Source: Callorhinchus milii
Lineage: Eukaryota
Assembly (NCBI RefSeq): GCF_018977255.1
Contig: NW_024704743.1
Location: forward strand, 39,124,001 to 39,188,000
DNA length: 64,000 nucleotides
Direction of reading: 5' to 3'
Each line of letters starts with the position of its first letter. Within the stretch, counting starts at the first letter, position 1. The notes under the pieces were generated by a model. That model was not told the DNA's origin. It saw only the letters and a program-made list of their open reading frames with translations, and made no database searches. Shown piece after piece: positions 35,980 to 49,639 of the stretch. Both the position numbers and the translations under genes were made by a program.

Positions 35980-36145
35980 CTAGGTACATTTGAGAGGAAT
36001 CCAGAGCTTCACGTGAGGGAGAGGGGAATGGAAGGGTATGGGAGGAATGGGTGATGACGAGTGTGGAGTATAAACACCGGCACAGACTGGTTGGGCTAAG
36101 TGGCTTGTTTCCTGGCCGTATATTCTTTGTGAATCTTTGTGAAAT
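35980..36145 (+). mobile_element. CR1 3' tail
   Basis: gtgtggagtataaacaccggcacagactggttgggctaagtggcttgtttcct...tattctttgtgaatctttgtgaa. Confidence 0.65.
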
Positions 36146-37201
36146 GGCACCTTGACATTGCAAAGGCATTGCTCCAAAATCTTTAGCTTCTTTTCACAAT
36201 CACTGATAACAGAAAACATTAAGAGGCCAGGCGATCCACCTGATCATTGGGCATCTTCACTCGCTAGCCTTTTTGATGATCTTCCACTTCAAGGTATGAT
36301 TAGCCACCTCCATCGGAGGAATTTTGGCAATTTACTCTCATGTGCACTGTACACAGATTACTACATTGTGTTCATATGGAATAACATGTTAGATTTCTAT
36401 TCAGAAGCTCCACATTATACCACAATTACACTGAAACCCTGTAACACATTCAAAGCTCGGTGTGTCAAATCTTCACTTGGGGTTTAATGGACTGAATTCC
36501 ATTATACGGATACTATCAAAAAATGTAGCGCCACTTTTTTAAAAAAAAGCTTCATATACATGGGTCAAAAATGCAACTTTAAAACTACCTAATCAATAGA
36601 GTTATAGGTACAGAATTGGTCTGTCATGCATCCTGAGATGTGATCAGTATAACAAGGAGGTATGTTCCTTGATGAGATGATAAGCAAGAAAGAAGTGGGT
36701 GGGTGTTTGCCCAGTTTGGCAGGTTTTACTGGTAATCATCCAAACTGGTGCCAGAATGAAGCAAATAGAAAATTTATCCCAGTTCCAATTCAGTGCTTAT
36801 AATTTGGGTCAATTATCCTGAAGGCCAAAGTGTGACTTACCTCAGATCACCTAAAGTGGGTGATTTGTGCATTTTGTCCTCACATTAGCATAGATTTGAA
36901 GACTGTTCTATTAATGGTAATTCCTGTTTAAATAATAATAATGGAGTTTAATTTGGGGCATTTCTAAATGGAATTTTTCATAGCAAATTTCACTAGAATT
37001 GCTATGGACCACTAGAATTATGTTCTGAAAGTACATCATTCAAGGTCATTCTTTGTTGAGGAATTCTGCTAAAAGAAATATCTAATGTTGGAGCCACTGT
37101 AGCATTCATGGTGAGTAAGTAGATGTGCATATTTTAAAATTTTGTGTGATGTAGAGAGAATGAAGTACTTGTTTGGGAAAAATCCATCTGGTTTAATGCA
37201 T

Positions 37202-37472
37202 GCAGGAGTCCTGCAGCTCAGTGGTTAGAGCATTCACCTTGCAAGCGAGCGACCTGAGTTTGATTCCCGGCAGGACAAAAGCTTGGGCAAGTTTCCTTAC
37301 ACCCTCAAAAAAAATTGGTCACTTCAATACCATGACTGTTTGTGGGACTCTGCTGTGTGCAATTGGCTGCCGCATTTCACCCACAAATATACAGTCGATT
37401 TACTTTACAGTGAATCGCTTTGAGACGTCTAGAAAATGTGAAAAGCGCTATATCGAATGTAAGGATTATTAT
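37202..37472 (+). mobile_element. tRNA-Ala-derived SINE with small deletions
   Basis: Family match from head to tail. Confidence 0.9.
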
Positions 37473-38169
37473 GTATGTTCGTATGAACATTCTTCAACAC
37501 TAAGAATTCTTGTTAATCCAACTGTGCCACATCATTTTCCTTGACTGGAAATTTGCTGCTCCTCACTGTTTGGAATATGATTTTTTTTAAAAGCTCATTA
37601 GTACTGTAGTGTTTCTGTGACTTCAGTATATAACTGCACACAGTGAACTGCAGTGTGCCTGTACGCAAATCCCTTGGGGGCTAGAGGGAGCCACAACATA
37701 GAAATACAGGCACAGTGACCTTGAAAACCACAGGTAACACTGTAACAAACGAAAAGGGTAACTGCAAATCCATATGTGACTGAAGGAAATGCCAATAAAT
37801 GCCTACCACCTGCTGCTTTGTTAATGCCACATAGTTAGTTCAGTACATTCTGCTGAAAAGAATCTGCTTCCTCTGGAAGCTGGTACTGTATAAAGGTGAC
37901 TCGTGCCAAAACATGACTGCTCTATCACGAATCATAAGTGGAGCCACTTAACATCTGGTTTAGTTTTATTTGCCAGCTCATGCTGCACAGACCCACATGT
38001 GTTTAAAAAGGTTTTGCTTATTTACAAAAATATAAAGGCAGCAGGAACAAACAGAATCGTGGTCAGGATGTGGCATTGAGGCCTAAAATTCCACTTAATC
38101 CTAGCCCATAAGACCGATTTGTGTTAAAATTCAAGACAATGTACAAATCAATCACACCTATGAAAATGT

Positions 38170-38410
38170 CCTCATGTCTGGAATGGAGTCTCTCTGGAGG
38201 AACATACCCTGCCGACTGAATTCTGAAGAGTTTTAGGTACAAGTTGGTGAGAGCCAGATCTTGGGGACCCCAGACAGTGTGTTAGGCTACAGCTGAATTT
38301 TAACCAGTTAAAACCACATAGTTGCCATTGAGCGAGGACCTCCCTATCTGTTTGGGCTCTGGCTTGCAGAGATAATAGAAGCTGAGTGGGAAAAATCCCT
38401 GATCCCAATG
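38170..38410 (-). repeat. Unidentified ancient interspersed repeat, copy 3
   Basis: catgtctggaatgga, cttggggacc, taaccagttaaaacc and gagtgggaaaaatccct are shared with 55339-55670. Confidence 0.65.
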
Positions 38411-39399
38411 AATCTAAAAGTGTTCCACAATTCTATAGTGACCCTAAATTTTAAAATAAAATATCTTACAGGCTGAGACTGGGTGGAATTTTGAAGCACT
38501 TGAGCCCGCAATAGCATGGTGGGAAATTCAACAGAGTCTGCTATTATTATTTTTACTCCACCCACATGTCTAAAATAGAAGTCTGTGCAAAATTAACCCA
38601 GGGGAAGTGTGCCTCATTTGCACGAGCACCAATTCAGCAGCTGCAATTGTAATGGGGTCTATTGCACATTGGATTCTGGACAATTTGAGAGCTAATCTGA
38701 TCACCAGTATAACCACGGGTCAGAGGAGTGCAATTTAGCTCTGCTTCCCATTGACTTATTCTGAATTTCTATGGTGGCAGGGTAGTAAAGACCTGCTGCC
38801 ATGAAAAGTCTTTCTATTTAGCTGTTATTGGCATGAACAAATAATTTAATCCACTTTGAGATGAGTGAAGGGCTTCTGTAACAGCTGATAATCCATATAT
38901 TGAAATAAAGTACTGCAGTGACTCTTGGTTGTTCAGAGTAGCTTGCGTGCATCTTCCAGAGGGTCTGAATGCCAAATAAGACTACATATGTATTTTAGAA
39001 TGAAGTGATGCACTGTGAACAATGCAGCTGTCTGCATCTTTGTAGGTCAAATAACCATATCCATGGCAGCTGCACATAACAGCAGCTGAGCTGGTAAGGG
39101 TACCATGAGTAGGAGAAATAAAAGAAGCAAAGCTAATATAGATCATTTTGTATTCATGTCAAAATAATCACTGTATCAGCACTTTGAGGGAAGGGAATGA
39201 ATGGGTGGGTGAATTCAAAGCAACATATATATGTGTGTAAATATATCACTCAGCGTGAACCAAACCAAATATGAACTGAAAGGTAGTTTTGAGGTGCACT
39301 TCACAGGCAATCCTAAAGTAATTGGAAGTCAGCAAGTGTGAAAAAAGTAATTCTGAAATGACTAAAATTAAATGTCTAAATGTGCTGTGTAATGTTATG

Positions 39400-39822
39400 T
39401 GTCAACTTGGCTCTGTTGATGGCATCAGAAGGTAGTAGATTCAAGCTCCATGTCGGGACTTGGAACCCATTTAGTCAATGCTGACATCCCAATGGACTGC
39501 ATTGTCAGAGGAGCCATCGATCTGGTAAGATGTTAGACCACGGTCCTACTTGCTTGTCCAGTGGAGTGTTAAAGATCCCATGACACTATTCAAAAAGAGA
39601 AGAAAGTTTCTCCTGGTGTCCTGGCCAACAATTCCATCCCAACAATTTGCTCATTCACTCCATGGCTGTTTGTCGGACATTATTATGCACAAACTGGTTG
39701 CCGTGTCTGCCCAAAAATACACACTGTCGCAGCACTTTACAGTTTTTCCTGTGAAGTGCTTTTGTGATGTCTCAATAATGTGATAAGGTGCAATATCAAT
39801 TGCAAGGATGATGATTATTATG
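39400..39822 (+). mobile_element. SacSINE1-like DeuSINE
   Basis: gtcaacttggctc head; taaagatcccatgacactattcaaa; tctcctggtgtcctggccaaca; tail. Confidence 0.85.
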
Positions 39823-40149
39823 AGACTTGAGGTGGTTGATTTGCAGTTTGGTACATGGCATTACCCTAGTTGAAAGATAATCCTTGAGAACAATAATATA
39901 AGGTATGTTAACATTAATTTCATAGTTGATAATGCGGTATCTATATTTAACAGTTATTATTTTATGCCTTGTACTTTGCTCAAAAAACCTAAAAAATAAG
40001 GCCCCAAACTTCTGGCCTTAAGACCATTGTCATAATTTTGAATACCATGAGCAGAAGATAATGAATAAGCTGTCTTCTGCTCGTGGGATCCAAACAATCT
40101 GAGTCAAAGCCACAATATTTTTCATTCAAAAAAAGTCAATTCCCTTTAT

Positions 40150-40226
40150 AGTATATTTTGTGAAACTCTTTGAAACATCTCGAAGATGTGCCAAGGCGCT
40201 ATATCAAATGCAAGATTTATTATAAT
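40150..40226 (+). mobile_element. SINE tail (TCGAA loop type)
   Basis: tttgaaacatctcgaagatgtgccaaggcgctatatcaaatgcaagatttattat. Confidence 0.7.
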
Positions 40227-40829
40227 AAAGTAGATGGCCATGGTTAAAACCAGCAAGTGCTGTGAGGCTGCTCAGCGGGGCAGTGATGTATGCTAAGACA
40301 GTTGGGAGTCGGAGGTTTAAACATGCCTCACAGAAACTTTTGGACCCGGAATTGTTTTTTTTTAAATGTTTTGGTCCTGGTCCGGCTAGATTCAAATTCT
40401 GGATACTGGAGTTCGGTAAGAAGCAGTTTACTGTAATTGCAAAATAATCTATCTTTATCCAGTATCTTTGCAAACTCAGCATCCAGTTTGATTCATACTC
40501 ACACAAAAATAATCTTGCTTGTTCATATATAATCCTCCCCTAATAATTTTCTCAATTTCCATGTCAACTTGACATTTCTATTCAATCTGTTAGTAATATG
40601 TAACAATAACCATAAGAATTGGATTATTGCCCATGGTATTATCACATATTTAGCAATGGATGTACTGGAACAATGGACCACACAGAGTGATTCAACCAAT
40701 TAAATGTAACAATTTATTCAGAATTAGGACAATTAGAAAACCAATGACATTTTCAAAACGATTATATCTATTTTTGGACGAGTCTTAACTATTTCCAATT
40801 TCACATCTCCCATCAAGCGCTGTTCGTAT

Positions 40830-40982
40830 CGACCTCTCTGGTTGCTCTCTCAAACTCATGGAGCCAGTGTGGAATCTTGAGGTTTTGGTCAACCCACAAC
40901 TATTATTTAAATATTCCATCTGGGCTTTGATCAAGTCTTCTTTCTTTCATCTCTGCAACATTGCTCACCTCTGCCAATACAA
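40830..40982 (+). mobile_element. L2 fragment
   Basis: VWNLEVLVNPQLLF...SSFFHLCNIAHL. Confidence 0.7.
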
Positions 40983-41449
40983 GGATTATTCTTATTATAG
41001 AATCAATGGCATAACGCTACAGCCTCCCCGAACATTATTAATGGTAAGTCAGTTGCATCAAGAGAAGTGTCTTTGGATTGCTGTTTTCTGGATATCTCAG
41101 TTTCTTTTCTAAATTATAATTAGATTACAATTACAAATATAATTTAATGTATTATAATTACAAATATAATTCCAGCCAAATACCTGTACAATGGAATAAA
41201 AAGTGTGATCTGTGATGTGGTTAAGTATAATGATTGCTTTGCGGAAAACTCCGCCCTGTTGCTGTTTTAACTAACTTTCTGTTTGGCAGGCTTTCTCTTA
41301 CCTTCTAGCTCAAAGCCAGCCCATGCCACACATTGCAATTGCTGCACTGTATTGTAGTGCTGGTTAGTGGGATTCTAACATAACTGGACTGAAAATACAG
41401 TGAGTGTTCAACTGGTACTCTGCTCACCTACACCTCAACAGAGCAACTT

Positions 41450-41910
41450 GAGCAGGGACCTGAAAATGGGAAGAGAGGGGACGAGACGAAGGGAGTGAGG
41501 AAGGCAGTTCCAGTGCCTCGGAGCATAGTGGCTGAAGGCATGGCTGCCGAGGGTGGAGCGGAGGACTCGGGGGATGAAGAGGAGGCCAGACCCGGAGGAA
41601 CGGAGGTAACGGGTACTGTTTTGAGGAGAGAAGAGGTCAGAGAGGTAGGGGGTGCAGAGGAGTGCAGGGATTTGAAGACAAGGGTGAGGATCTTGAGGTC
41701 GATCCTCTCTGGGATAGGCATCCAGTGCAGTCTGGCGAGGACTAGAGTGATCGGGGAGCGGAGTTTCGTGCGGGTGAGAACACGGGCGGCAGAGTTTTGA
41801 ATGATTTGGATTTTATGGATGGTAGTGGATGGGAGACCGGCGAGGAGGGCGTCAGAGTAGTCCAGCCGAGAGGTGATAAAGGCATGGCCCAGGGTTTCAG
41901 CGGCTTTTGA
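41450..41910 (-). mobile_element. L2 fragment, same subfamily as 7975-9556
   Basis: Reverse complement is highly similar to about 8960-9415 ([23 protein letters not shown]). Confidence 0.92.
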
Positions 41911-41959
41911 ACCAAATAGATGTGCAAAGGGTGCTTCAGGCCAGCTTCAAACCATATGA

Positions 41960-42330
41960 GTTCCAAGTCCTGACATGGGGTTTGAATCAACAACAACAAA
42001 ATTACATTTGTATAGCGCCTTTTATGTCAAGAGGATGCCCAAGGCACTGGACAATCACTGTTTCGGAAATAACTTTCTGACTCAGAGGCGAGAGTTCCAC
42101 CAACTGACCAGGCTGACACAATGTAAACATATGTGAATACGATTTACATTTATATAGTGCAGTTTATGTCAGGGGGACATCCCAAGGCGCATTCACAGTT
42201 CTGAAGGGTCACCTGAGCTGGAAGTGGGAGCTAAAGGGGTGTGGGGAGGGGAAAGATGACAGAAAGCATGGTCAAAGAGGTAGGTTTTGAGATCTGCCTT
42301 GGAAGAGGAGAGGGAGGAAGGGAGTGGGTG
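41960..42330 (-). mobile_element. SacSINE1-like head split by an L2 tail, followed by another L2 3' end
   Basis: caagtcctgacatggggtttgaatc | (AAC)n L2 tail | ttctgactcagaggcgagag...aggctgacac; second tail from about 42145. Confidence 0.65.
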
Positions 42331-43159
42331 AGACTCCATCCTGGAGTTTCAGAATATCATATTCCATTCCATATAGATTTTCTATACCAAGTGCAGCAAA
42401 ATATATTCAGTTTGCAAGGAACTAATCTGAAGTTAAGTAATGGCACCACTGGAATATCTATGCGATAAATGTAAGCCTTTCCCTTGATTGCCACACAAGT
42501 TCTGCTTCTTGTTAGTCATTCTGTAACTTCCTAACTCCTCATTCCTTTGCCACTCCCAAAGTACTTTTGACAATTTTGGTCAGTGTGTCTCACTTGAACT
42601 TCCACTTCCTGTCTCTTCCGAACTGCCAAAAATACAATCGTGCAATTCCTTCCTTGTTCCTGTGGCAAAAAAACAAGAATGTGGGATGTTAAAGGGGTTG
42701 GGTTTAATCATGGTCTCCAAGCCACAGGAAACCAAATAATTTCCAGTGATCACTAAAGGGAAGCATAAATGGACTATCTAGAGGCAAACTGCATTGTTTA
42801 AATCGAAACATTTTCCCACCAATGTTCTCCCCTCCTCTTCTAGAGAACTATGGTTCAATGCAAGCTGTTTACCTTTATCATACTCAGTTCCCATTCGTCG
42901 TGTGTGATCCCAGATCAAGCCAAGGATTTTTCTAACGTGTATGACTGAATTCCACACAGGGTAGTGCTCTACTAACTGTGTAATCAGGAAAACCTCGGGA
43001 TTAATACCATATGTAGAGGATCACAGGCATGAATCCTCTCATTCTGTGGCACAGCACACAATGGATCACCTGCTTTTTGGGGTACCTGAAAATAATACTC
43101 TGATAATAATCCCTGTATTTGATACAGTGCATTATTATGTTATCATAATTTGGGATTAT

Positions 43160-43310
43160 GGGATGTGGGCCACTGCTGTGCGCAATTGGCTGCTGCGTTT
43201 TGCCCACAAATATACAGTCAATTTACTTTACAGCATATTCTGTGAAGCGCTTTGAGACATTGAGAAGACATGAAAAGCACTATATCAATGCAAGGATTAT
43301 TATTATTATC
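43160..43310 (+). mobile_element. SINE 3' half
   Basis: ctgctgtgcgcaattggctgc...cacaaatatacagtcaat...gcaaggattattattatt. Confidence 0.88.
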
Positions 43311-43831
43311 ACATTATGACCAGGGAACTTGAAATCTAGTTTGGATGGAGACTGATGTCTGTTGGAATGTTGCTTTTGTTATTTGCATGGTATTGTTTTG
43401 GTCATTTACACTCCACAGGTAGCAGGAACTGTTAAAGGATGCTATTGTCTGAAGGAGGCCTGATTTACACGAAAACGTATCGTCCCTGTGATCGCGTATT
43501 GTGTGAATGTAAGAGTACACTCACACAGGGATAAATCAATAGGTGTTTGAGCAGGCAGCAGAGTTGCACCTTGAAGGTACTTGTAACAAACAAGTGGGTT
43601 AGCTCACTCCTCTGCTCAAACTGTAAGTGGCAGCATTTTATGTATTACGACTCCGACTTAATTTAAGGCTTTGGGGTGTCGTTAAAATATATGCTTGTGT
43701 CCATTAAATATTTTAAAGCTATTTCGAGAAGTGCATATTTTAAATTTGTTAGTATCAATGGATACTGCTTTTATTTTCCTGACTCGAAAAGCCCCGAACT
43801 TTAATCACTGAAGAATTCAAGTTCTATGACA

Positions 43832-43903
43832 TTGTGAAGCGCTTTGAGACATCTCGAAGATGTAATAAGGCGCTATATCAAATGCAAGGATTATCATTAT
43901 TAT
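43832..43903 (+). mobile_element. SINE tail (TCGAA loop type)
   Basis: gtgaagcgctttgagacatctcgaagatgtaataaggcgctatatcaaatgcaaggatt. Confidence 0.8.
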
Positions 43904-44837
43904 CAAATGATGTGACTGTATTTTTGGGGGCGAGCAGCAAATTTGCACACAGCAAAAATAATAAAATAATAATCCTTGCTTGTAGTGACTACACTTATCA
44001 AAAGAATCTCATATCTGTGCATAGATGTTGCAAAGCTCCGACTCATCAGTGCCTCATGATGCTTTTAAAGGGTTACATCTCAGGCAGAGTTTTAACTACA
44101 AGTATTAAATAGTTAATGGTTAGTTTCACAAATATAGTTCAAAGGAATACCATACAGAGTACCATGGAAACGATATTGCTGCCAGTAATAGAGCAATTAA
44201 GCAGAAAGTGAAGTTATATTGCGCTCTTGGAATCATGCTCACCGGGAGCTAAGCAGGATTTTGCACATGTGCATCTTAATGCAAGTGCAAGTAAGCACAT
44301 GTCTAACTAATGAATGCTTGTGTATCTTTTGCACTCCACAGTACCAGGTATTTGTTTAGCTTTTATTTAAATAGAAATGTACCCAGTTCTCAAAAAGGAA
44401 AGGCACTTACTTTTTATTTAACAATGACCACACTGGACTTTTTATTCTTACTGGAACATACTTAGAATTCCAACCAAGGGTTAATCATTCATGCTGAAAC
44501 GCAATTTATAAATCCACAGAACTATTCAGTTCCCCACCCTGTCTCCACCCCCACCACCGAGTCCCATGAATAGCACTAATTTGACAGTATATAGCCTCAT
44601 TGTTACTGTGGTCAAAATCAATGATAATTGAGCCTCAGAACACAGGCTATGAAAATATCATTTGCAACTAGTACATAGAAAGTTTCTATCCAGCTTTGGC
44701 TTCTGCCCAACTAAACCCATTGACAAATAACATCAGTCTGTTTCTTCCACCATTTCTAATGTTTCATTTGCTCTTTTAAATAAGCTCACTTTCTGCGTAA
44801 AATCTTTTGTACTCTTTCAAAACTAACCGACCAAATT

Positions 44838-45130
44838 GTAATAACAATCCTTGCAGTTGACAGTACTTATAATGTTAAAATGTCCCAAAAAAGCTTTTTA
44901 GTGACTATTTCTAGCAGCCGATTTGCACACATTAATGCCCTGTTAATAGCCAGGAAGTGAATGATCAATTTATCTGGAGAACTGTTGATCAGGACACTGG
45001 GAAACTCCCTTCTCTTTTCAAATAGCACTGTGAGACTGAACAAACAGAATGGACCTTGGTTTAACGTCTAATCTGAAGGACAGCAGCTCTGACAATGCAA
45101 TGCTCCCCCAGTCCTACACTGGCGTCTTAG
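44838..45130 (-). mobile_element. SacSINE1-like DeuSINE
   Basis: aggacactgggaaactcccttctcttttcaaatag; ggtttaacgtctaatctgaaggacagcagctctgacaatgca. Confidence 0.8.
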
Positions 45131-46264
45131 CCACTTTTAAATTTACAGATTTAAATTGTAAAAGTGCCTTTTGTCCCAGTTGCATCAACTCCAGTGGTGA
45201 TTTTTGGTTTTGCAAGGGAACACGAGAGAATGTATCAAATGCAGATGGGAATGAAAACATTGTATAAATGGCAATTGTAAGAGGAAAGAGACACAGGTAG
45301 CGAAACAGTCTGTGAACTAAAGTTCTACACACCACTGAAGGATGCAATAGTGGCTCTAATTTTATGTGTCCCAAGTAGAGAGCTATGCTTCCACTCTCTG
45401 TTCATCATCCTTGCAAAATAAGAGAAGGCAGAGCTTTATGCAGGTGTTCTCAATAAAGGTATATAATAAAGTATTGTCGTCTGGATTTTTAAGGATGGAA
45501 ACATATGACAAGTTAGTCAGTACTTTGCTATCGGTAAAATATGATTTGGTGTGTTTTCAACTTTGAAACCTTTTTTGGCACCAGCTGCTTTTATGCTTAG
45601 GTTGACACACATCCTTAATGGTGCAAAGCTACAACATTCACCGATATAGTGCACTAATTGGAATTGCCAGTTTTGTAAAGCATTTTGGCATTGGCTCTGA
45701 ATCAAAGAGAATGCTGCACTGATGCCAAAAATGCAACATAAAAGGAACGTACCACATTAATCAGATGAAATCCCTTGCAAGCGTTATGGATTGAAGAGGC
45801 AGGCTACTCTGCTGCTCAGGGTCGTGCAAAGTAGAGCTCAAAGCAAAACTTGTTTCTATAGTTAGCAATTCAAAGCTTTTGTTTTGCTGGTTATTGAGGA
45901 TGGGTGAGGTTATCAATTTGGCTTCTAATTCCAAAATATTTTCTGTGCATATCCGTTGCTCAGTTGACCATGTGTTGTTATACTGGATGTTATTTAAAGC
46001 AGTAAAGAAAAGAAAAAAACTTTTGTTTGTTTTGAAAATATCCTTCCACTTCTTTCATTGAGTATTTAAGCATGTCAAAGTCCTTGCTCTTTGTAGGTTG
46101 AAGTGGGGATTGAGATTCTGGATATTAGCAACATTACATGGGTGTGCTTTCATCAAAACTGGCTTTTTATTGAAACTCAGGCTTTTATATTCTGATTAAT
46201 TGTTAGATTGGATCAAGAATATTTTATAAAATGCAAGGTGAAAAATTCAGAAACATTATGATAT

Positions 46265-46362
46265 GTATACACTCAATTCACTTTACAGTATATTCTGTGA
46301 GTGCTTTGAGAGGTCTCAATGATGTGATAAGGTGCTTTATCAAATACAAGGATTATTATTAT
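46265..46362 (+). mobile_element. SINE 3' part
   Basis: caattcactttacagtatattctgtg...aaggattattatt. Confidence 0.8.
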
Positions 46363-46519
46363 CCTATTACTCTATTGCATCAATACAATCTTTTTCTAAA
46401 TTGGTACAAAGAGCACTGCAGCCCATTTGCAAAATAAAGCAACAGAACTGCTTTAAACTCAACTACCACACTCACACTGTTTATTTTGTTGAAATAAGGA
46501 CATTTTTAAACCAACAAAT

Positions 46520-46577
46520 ACACAACAACAACAACAAGATTCCATTTATAGAGCGCCTTTCACGTCGGGAGGACGTG
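46520..46577 (-). mobile_element. Solo L2 3' tail
   Basis: caacaacaacaacaagattccatttatagagcgcctttcacgtcgggaggacgt. Confidence 0.8.
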
Positions 46578-46689
46578 AAATACACAGCACCATGGCTATT
46601 TTTGAGAAGCAAAAAGCAAGCACTAGATAAAAGCAGAGGCATTACTATCTTAAATCTAGAGGCTAAATTAATTTTCACTTTGAAAATCA

Positions 46690-47762
46690 TGGGTTAATGA
46701 AGGACAGTCAACACAGATTTGTTGAAGGCAAATAGTGTCTAACTAACTTGATTGAGTTCTTCGATGAAGCAACGGAGAGGATTGATGAAGGAAGTGCAGT
46801 TGATGTTGCCTTTTGATATGGACTTTCAAAAGGCATTTGATAAAATGCCATATAATAGATTTATTAGCAAAATTGAAGCCCATGGGATTAAGGGAACAAT
46901 AGTAGCACAGTAACAGATTGCAAGAGGACATAGACAGGCTGGTGAAATGGGCAGACACGTGGCAGATGGAATTTAATGCAGAAAAGTGTGAAGTGATGCA
47001 CTTTGGGAAGAGGAATGAGGAGAGGCAATATAAGATAAACAGTCAATTTTATAGGGGGTACAGGAGCAGAGAGACCTGGGGGTTCACAAACACAAATCTT
47101 TGAAGGTGGCAGGACAAGTTGACAAAGCAGTTAAAAAAGGATATGGGATCCTTGGCTTTATAAATGTAGGTATAAGAGCAAGAAAGTTATGTTGAACCTT
47201 TACAAATTGCTGGTTAGGCCTCAGCTGGAGTATTGTGTCCAATTCTGGGCACTTTAGGAAAGATGTCAGGGCCTTGGAGAGAGTGCAGAGGAGATTTACA
47301 AGAATGATACAGAGATGAGGGACTACAATTATGTGGAGAGACTAGAGGCTGGGATTATTCTCCTTAGGCAGAGAAGATTTAGGGGAGATTCAATTGGGGT
47401 GTTCAAATTTATAAGGGTTTTTGATAGAGTAGATATGGAGAAACTGTTTCCACTGGCAGGTGGGTTGATAACCAGGGGACATAGATTCAAGATAATTGGC
47501 AAAAGAACCAGAGGGGAGATGAGGAGAAACATTTTTACCCGAGACTTGTTATGATCTGGAATGCACTGCCTGAAAGGGAAATGGAAGCAGATTTGGTAAT
47601 AGCTTTCAAAAGGGAATTAGATAGGTACTTAAGAAGGAAAAAATTGCAGAGCTATTGGGTAAGAGCATTGGAGTGGGACTAGTTGGTAGCTCTTTCAAAG
47701 ATGAAACAGGGATAATGGGCAGAATGGCCTCCTTCTGTGCTGTAAAATTTTATGATTCTATG
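46690..47762 (+). mobile_element. CR1 LINE 3' part with internal deletion
   Basis: CLTNLIEFFDE, DFQKAFDK, LQEDIDRLVKWADTWQMEFNAEKCEVMHFG, LVRPQLEYCVQFW, TRGHRFKI; tail tttatgattctatga. Confidence 0.95.
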
Positions 47763-49639
47763 AAGTCGTACTCTAGTTGTATATTCATCTCTACTCACTG
47801 CCCACAAAATTTCCATCACTCACATATTTTATCAATATGGATGCTTTCAGACGACATACATTAAATCCTGCTTAAAGAGCAAGAATTGGATTTCTGCGGT
47901 AATACGTTCCAGCAACAACCGCAAACACTTACTGCACTAGATAGTTTTTGAAATCCTTAACCCATCATCAAATACTTTTCAAAACTCTCAAAATACTGCA
48001 CATATGTATGTGTTATATAAACACACATGAAAGTTTACAAATCAAAACAGGGTAAGTCAATTCATTTCAGAATTAATTGAAATGAAATGTTAGCAATTTA
48101 ATAAAAAAAAGTTAATAAAAAAACAAATAGGGATGAAATTAAAGCATTTCATAACATAATCAATTTGATAGTTATCATGTTTAATTTGATCATTGTTGTC
48201 CTGTATGGCTCTATTGCACAAATGTCATCACAGTAAAATGTCATCACCATCAAGTTAAAAAGGGAATCTGTGATCAGTGTTAACGTTCTGCAGTTTGTAA
48301 TATTAAAAAGCTATGGTACTTTTTGTTCTGAGAGGATTAGAAAATTAGCATCAGATTAATTTAGTAAACTGGTACAATAGACTGAAAGGGCTGAAGGTCT
48401 TTTACTGTACCCATTACCCATCCTCCACCCCGATTGAGTGCAGCTTCTATTAAAGCGTGGGTCTACTGTGGATCTGTGCTAACCAGGAATGATACACCTG
48501 GTTTCCAGCTCTGAATAGCCAGCTTCCAACACTAAAAGATGACAGATTTTGGGTTGTCAGATTGTCGTTTTGAGAAGGAAATGACATCAGTGGTGCTACT
48601 TGTGCATGTATGTTAGTGGCGACTGAAAAACTGGGACTTAGACATTTTGTTGCATGCGCTTATAATGCAGAGTCTGAGCTATTGGATTAAGATGACTGCG
48701 ATATATCAAAGTTGCCCTTTAAGTTATCTGGGCATGATGATGCACATTTTAATCTCTAAAGAAAATGATTCTGACTATTGGATTAAGATGTGATGCGAGT
48801 CTTATCGTATGAAACAACTTCCATTCATATAACATCCATCAAACAGGATAACATTTTGGAAAACAGAAATAGACATTGAAATGTGTTGTTGGAATGTGCA
48901 GTTGACGCTCTTTTATTCTCCTCCCCTCCCGAGATGTTTAGTAAAGTGGAAATTATTTTTTCATGCAGCTTTGAACCTAGTGAGAACGTGATTACATTTA
49001 TAAATCATGGAACAGAGAGCAATAAAATAAACATTTCTTTGATTTTATGCCTTGTAGAAAATGATTTTTTTTCTATAAAAAATGATTAGATTTCCATCAC
49101 TGTTTCTATAAAAAAAAGCATTGATGTAGCTAAATGGCAAATTAAGATGCTTTTGAAATTTTGTCTTAACAATGGATGTTCTTTATCAACTAATCTTGCA
49201 TCCAGTTGGGTGGACTTCCTTTGTGTTATACAACAGCTACTGATTGAACCTTCTTTCCTATTTGGAGTAACAGAAGGAAATTAGCGCCGAAAATATTTAT
49301 TTTTCAAATGATATCTTTACACAGCTTCAATTCAGAGAATTTTTTTGAAAGGGCTGGAGCTTTGTTATCTTGAATCTTATCAGGAAATTAAGTCTGCCTA
49401 GGAAGTGTTTGCTTTCCTTTTCCTGTTGACTTACAATGTATTAATCGCTTTTGTTTGGCAAGCAGCTCATTGAAACTTTAACTGAACCACTGCCCGTGAA
49501 GTTTTCTCATGGCTATATAATCTCTTGCAGTTCATTCACTATTCTTTTCACACAGCCTTTAATACCTCAGCCTCTGAATGAGCACAAGAAATATCTGAAG
49601 TTGAAGCATTTCAGGGGATGCAAAGAATGAGTACATTTC

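Noticed and set aside
36152..36487. 111-aa non-repeat ORF as an exon or gene
   Set aside because: Non-ATG start, no recognisable domain and no convincing splice pair.
41118..41172. Duplicated aattacaaatataatt
   Set aside because: Low-complexity AT-rich slippage duplication; no further structure.
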